Below are positions 59,323 to 64,000 of a DNA stretch of 64,000 bases, piece after piece. A program made the translations under genes and the position numbers. Location of the stretch: positions 6,944,001 to 7,008,000 of the forward strand of contig CATNEN010000038.1 of the NCBI GenBank assembly GCA_950097015.1, in the 5' to 3' direction. Under the pieces are notes generated by a model. That model was not told where the DNA came from and did not search any database. It saw nothing but the letters and a program-made list of their open reading frames with translations. This stretch comes from Macrostomum hystrix. Taxonomy: Eukaryota; Animalia; Platyhelminthes. Each line of letters begins with the position of its first letter. Position 1 is the first letter of the stretch.

Positions 59323-62300
59323 TTAAGCTTTCTCATTGGCCTGAATTGCGTCGAGAATTTGTTGAATGGTTCTCGTCTGCGCGGCCAAAAGGGTCTTCGT
59401 GCTGTCCCGATAGCTGGCCACGCTGATGCTGCGTGACTGCACCTTCGTCAGGATTTGGCGCTGATGGTTCACAATACTCTCCATCATGTCCACCATAGTG
59501 CTGTGGATTTCAATCAGCGCACTGCGGGTTTGGGAGTGAGTGAGTCAGTGAGTGAGTGAGTGAGTGAGTGAGTGAGTGAGTGAGTGAGTGAGTGAGTGAG
59601 TGAGTGAGTGAGTGAGTGATTGAGTGAGTGAGTGAGTGAGTGAGTGAGTGAGTGAGTGAGTGAGTGAGTGAGTGAGTGAGTGAGTGAGTGAGTGAGTGAG
59701 TGAGTGAGTGAGTGAGTGAGTGAGTGATTGAGTGAGTGAGTGAGTGAGTGAGTGAGTGAGTGAGTGAGTGAGTGAGTGAGTGAGTGAGTGAGTGATTGAG
59801 TGAGTGAGTGAGTGAGTGAGTGAGTGAGTGATTGAGTGAGTGAGTGAGTGAGTGAGTGGGAGAGAGGGAGAGAGAGAGCGGGAGAGAGGAGAGAGGACAC
59901 TGCCCATTGAATTTCAAAATCTAATGTTTAAATCGATTCCGATATGTATCGAAAAAATTGAAATCAGGATTCGAACCAAGGCAACTCCAGACGCGTTTCG
60001 CTCTTATTGGAGCTCATCAGTAGAGTCTAGCCTAGCGCTCTAGCCATTAGGCTATAGGCGCTTGTTCAAATCCAGCTTTCAATCTCAACATATCGTAATC
60101 GATTCGTAATCGAGTGAGTGAGTGAGTGAGTGAGTGAGTGAGTGAATGAGTGAGTGAGTGAGTGAGTGAGTGAGTGAGTGCTTACTTATCGCCCAGCTTA
60201 GATTGCTGATGTCTCGAAGGCTGCTGCACCTGCCGATGATGCGAGGACTTCCTGGATGGCGGCGCGCCCTCGTAGGTGAGGATTTCATCGTTGGGGTTGA
60301 AGGAGACGGTCTTGGGCGGGCTGCTGCCGTACAGTGAGGCCTTGCCGCACGGGCTGGGGTCGCGCTGCTGATGCGCCTGCTGGCCGGAGTCCGAGATTTT
60401 GCGGATGGCGCTCGGCTGGCGAATCTTGGGCGCCGTGCGGGACTGGACGGCATCCTGGCCACGGGGTGGGGCGACTTGGGTTAGAGGCTGCAGTGAGAAG
60501 GCCAGGAGAAGAGGTGGAAGCGGAAAGAGGGGGGAAGGTGGGGATAGAAAGGTGAGGGGCAGAGGACAGAGGGGGGGAGAGGACAGAGGGAATGGGAACA
60601 GGAAGAGAGAAGGGGAGGAGGAAGAGAGAAGGGGAAGAGGAAGAGAGAAGGGAAGGAGGAAGAGCGATAGGGAAGAGGACAGAGGGGAAGAGGAAGAGAG
60701 AAGGGGAAGAGGAAGAGAGAAGGGAAGAGTACAGAGAGGGGAAGAGGAAGAGAGAAGGGAAGAGTACAGAGAGGGGAAGAGGAAGAGAGAAGGGGAAGAG
60801 TACAGAGAGGGGAAGAGGAAGAGAGAAGGGGAAGAGTACAGAGAGGGAAGAGTACAGAGAGGGGAAGAGGAAGAGAGAAGGGGAAGAGTACAGAGAGGGG
60901 AGAGTACAGAGAGGGAAGAGGACAGAGAGGGGAAGAGGAAGAGAGAAGGGGAAGAGTACAGAGAGGGAAGAGGAAGAGAGAAGGGGAAGAGGACAGAGAG
61001 GGGAAGAGGAAGAGAGATGGGGAAGAGGATAGAGAGGGAAGAGGACAGAGGGGGGAAGAGGAAGAGAGAAGGGAAGAGTACAGAGAGGGGAAGAGGAAGA
61101 GAGAAGGGGAAGAGTACAGAGAGGGGAAGAGGAAGAGAGAAGGGGAAGAGTACAGAGAGGGAAGAGTACAGAGAGGGGAAGAGGAAGAGAGAAGGGGAAG
61201 AGGAAGAGAGAAGGGGAAGAGTACAGAGAGGGAAGAGGAAGAGAGAAGGGGAAGAGGACAGAGAGGGGAAGAGGAAGAGAGATGGGGAAGAGGATAGAGA
61301 GGGAAGAGGACAGAGGGGGGAAAAGCCGATTTTTTAAGTTCTGAAAATGAGTTTATAATGTTATCTCGTATTGACAGGAAGAGAGACTGGAATGTGGAAT
61401 AGAAGAGGTGTACTATATAGTACTACGAAGTACATGGCTGTACTCCTGAACAATGTCTACAGCTCTATTATAAAGATAATAATGAGTATATGAAAAGCTG
61501 CACACCACAATGTCATTGTCAAGTTATCAAGTGTTAAATGCTCAATAAGCAATGACATTAGGGCGTTCATGATGCTTAATATTGCTTCTAAATAAATTTG
61601 CAATCAACTGTGCTACTGGAATTTAAATAACGAGTTTTCAGGTAAAATTAAATTTCAGCTAGCATTACGATATCACCTTGAGCTGTCGCTCAAACATTTT
61701 CCAGCATTCCCAGGCACGCATGCGAGCATGGGGCCCTGTGGCTTTGTGGTCACTAGTTTGTTAACTAATTAATTAAATGTAAGCTCAGAGTGAGAAATGA
61801 CACCACACACCAGCTAATTATTAGGGCCTATGCTAACCGAATCGCTGACACAAGCTTGAATTGAGAAGCTTGAGTTGATGTGAAACGACTTGCTTATGCT
61901 TCAAGGTGGCCGGTGTGAAACAATCGAGTAGGTTAGCGAGCGAGCGAGGCTGAGCACAGGAGCACACAATGGGGCGCCGAGGGGGGACAGAAGTGGCCTG
62001 TCTTGAGCAGTGAGTCAGAGGGCTGGCTAAATACAGTGCAGTTGAAATATTACAAATGGATTTGGCCACCTGGTTAGTCCTACCCACAACTAACCGACAA
62101 CATTCCCCTATTTTCCGGACCAGATAAGGCTGACTGGCCGAGCCACATTTGCACATTTAGTGTAGTAAAGCTAATTATGATGCACTATACAGATAAGAAT
62201 TCAGAATTCAGAGAGGTTGTAGCCTAGTGGTTAGGGCGTCGGACTCACGACTTGAAGGTCGGGGGTTCGATTCCCGACTCCACTGGAACAATTTGCGTCC

Positions 62301-64000
62301 TTTAGCAAGACACTTAACTCTGCATTGCTTCAGTTCACCCAGCTGTTAAATGGGTACCAGCATCAGCTGGGATAATTGAAGGTGGGTGTGGCGTCCCCCC
62401 AGTCCATGGACTGAACAGCTGTACGCAGCCTTCAGATGCGCCGCGCATTAGCTGGGGCTGTGCTGTCGGCTGCACATCTGACCCAATTGGGGCAGGTGTA
62501 ATCAATATACAATATACAATATCAATATATACAGATAAATACCGTTTTGTATAACATTTTTTTCATTTAACAGCTAAATAAGTTTCCAATACTTTAGTTG
62601 AAGCTTTTGTATGTGTCTATTGATTTGTCATTGATACGAAATCGGACAATGAATATAAAAAATAAGATTCATCTTTCTGAACTTTTTAAAGGTTGCGGGT
62701 TCAGCTAAATTGCTAAATTTATATTTCCAGTATTTCCTTTAACAGTACTCGTAAAATGACATAGGGGAAAAATCGAGAATATCGGGCTAAAATTTTCCGC
62801 TCTGTACCTCAAGAATAATAAAACATCGAGTTGGAGTTTGGTAAAGGCCCATTTTGTTTTAATTTCTCAAACTTCCTTGAGGCATTGCTCACTCAAATAG
62901 AGAAACAAATGAAGTTCATCTAACGTTTAGAATGATAATCCAGCTATTGAGTAAAAACTAAATGAAACAAGAAATAAAATAGCCCAAAAAAGAAAACCAA
63001 ATTCGATGTTTTTCTCGAGACATTGCGTCAGAATTGCATTTATCAGCCGAGTGTTTCTGTGGGCCACAGAACAATGGGGGAACCAAGCAGTGCTGCAGGC
63101 CATAAAAATAAATACTTTTCAACAACAGCAACAGCAACTTGCTTACTGAAACGCACGAACCACGGTGATTCTCACTCAATCCCCGTCTCCCTCCATCTCG
63201 CGGCACAATGTGCTCAAAGGAAGATCGTTGAGCTCGTAAAGCAATAAAAAAGACTCAGTCACTGAGTTTATTCTAACAAATCGTTTCACGTCGAAAGATA
63301 AAAAGCTTGTAAAAGTGAATCAGAAATTAGCCCTTCTCCAGTTAACCTGAATTACTAAACAATTTTTCGGGGTCATTGTGACGTCACAGTATGACACACC
63401 AAAGACAATCAATAAGAGCGTGAAGTACTCTTACTTCTCAACTCTTCAGATGCAATGGGCAGATGGTTGTTGCTAAAGATGTGACTGCTCATAAATGAAA
63501 GAAAGAATCTTCTGGGTCCCTTGTGTTCTCACCTGCAAAAACTCGAGGCTGTTAGACCGGTGGTGGCCCAACACCGCGCCGCTTCCACCGCTGCTGTCGG
63601 GGCCGTGGGCCGTCGGCTCCTCGACGGGCGAGTCCCGACTGCGACAGTCCTCCGGCTCCGAGCTGTCCTCCGAGGGCAGATGCCGCTGCCGACCGCTTGG
63701 CGGCTTGGCCTTGCAGGCGGTCATCGAGGCCGGGGCTTCTTCGATCGCGTCGCCCGTAAATGGCGTCGGCATCACCTGAAGCGGTTGCGACGCTGCCTGG
63801 CTTGGGGGCGGAGGCGCTGGCGCCTTGCGGATGTGGGCCGGTCGGCGAGGCGGACTGCCGTTCGAGGAGTCGGCGCTGTCTTGCGATCGGTCTCGCTTCC
63901 GCTGTACAAGCGAGGTTAGGCTGTTGAGATCGGACGCAGCCGCTGCTGAGCAGCTGCCAACGCCTCCTGGACTGAGGTTCTCGCTGCTGCTGGCCTTGTT
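59323..64000 (-). CDS. 3' part of a gene, probably kinesin-13 family (KIF24/KIF2-like tail); exons >64000-63533, 60487-60186, 59521-59323
   Basis: Three in-phase GT-AG-joined open exons: a disordered Ser/Pro-rich region, then a terminal helix ALIEIHSTMVDMMESIVNHQRQILTKV...VASYRDSTKTLLAAQTRTIQQILDAIQ resembling the kinesin-13 C-terminal coiled coil. The motor domain would lie outside the window. Gene structure is more certain than the family call. Confidence 0.6.
59535..59857. repeat. (GAGT)n microsatellite, intronic
   Basis: About 80 tetramer copies. Confidence 0.98.
60112..60180. repeat. (GAGT)n microsatellite, intronic
   Basis: About 17 tetramer copies beside the splice donor at 60185. 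Confidence 0.95.
60500..61322. repeat. Polypurine GA-rich degenerate repeat, intronic
   Basis: GGGGAAGAGGAAGAGAGAA / GAAGAGTACAGAGA modules. Confidence 0.93.
62211..62527 (+). mobile_element. Well-preserved CORE-type tRNA-derived SINE
   Basis: A box TAGCCTAGTGG, B box GGTTCGATTCC, CORE-like GTCCTTTAGCAAGACACTTAAC...CTTCAGTT...CTGTTAAATGGG, (CAATATA)n tail, TSD TATACAGATAA at 62186-62196 and 62528-62538. Confidence 0.92.

Noticed and set aside
60399-61337. Arg/Glu/Gly-rich 312-aa ORF
   Set aside because: Polypurine repeat nearly devoid of T, so it cannot form stops; antisense intronic.
62211-62285. Genuine tRNA gene (Val-CAC-like)
   Set aside because: Acceptor stem is poor, and the sequence continues into a SINE body shared by other copies.

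Overview
Eukaryotic (animal) genomic DNA with GT-AG introns; nothing prokaryotic. The features below fit a flatworm such as Macrostomum, but that is inference: GC-rich exons, AT-rich intergenic DNA, an unrelated minisatellite in many introns and 3' flanks, and ATG-less first exons. I reconstructed eight genes by hand: a single-pass membrane protein (-), FARS2 (-), an unknown low-complexity protein with MLL5/SETD5/UpSET-like short motifs (+), DAP3/mS29 (+), SLC17A9 (-), an ARHGAP18/28/40-type RhoGAP (-), an ATP10-class P4-ATPase (+, 12 exons) and the 3' part of a probable kinesin-13-like gene (-). An intact, very young Ty3/Gypsy element (37488-45113) sits between the divergent RhoGAP and ATP10 genes. 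It has 472-bp LTRs that look identical, a TTAA target-site duplication, a tRNA-Arg-like PBS and a C_CCA_AAC plus pseudoknot -1 frameshift signal. The window also holds CORE-type tRNA SINEs, MITEs, LTR remnants, a LINE fragment and about 20 tandem arrays (roughly 13 kb). Most notable: both mitochondrial-protein genes (FARS2, DAP3) have no genomic ATG. Each starts in phase 0 directly after a splice acceptor, as expected if the initiator AUG is donated by a trans-spliced leader. Many long ORFs in the supplied track are repeat artefacts.
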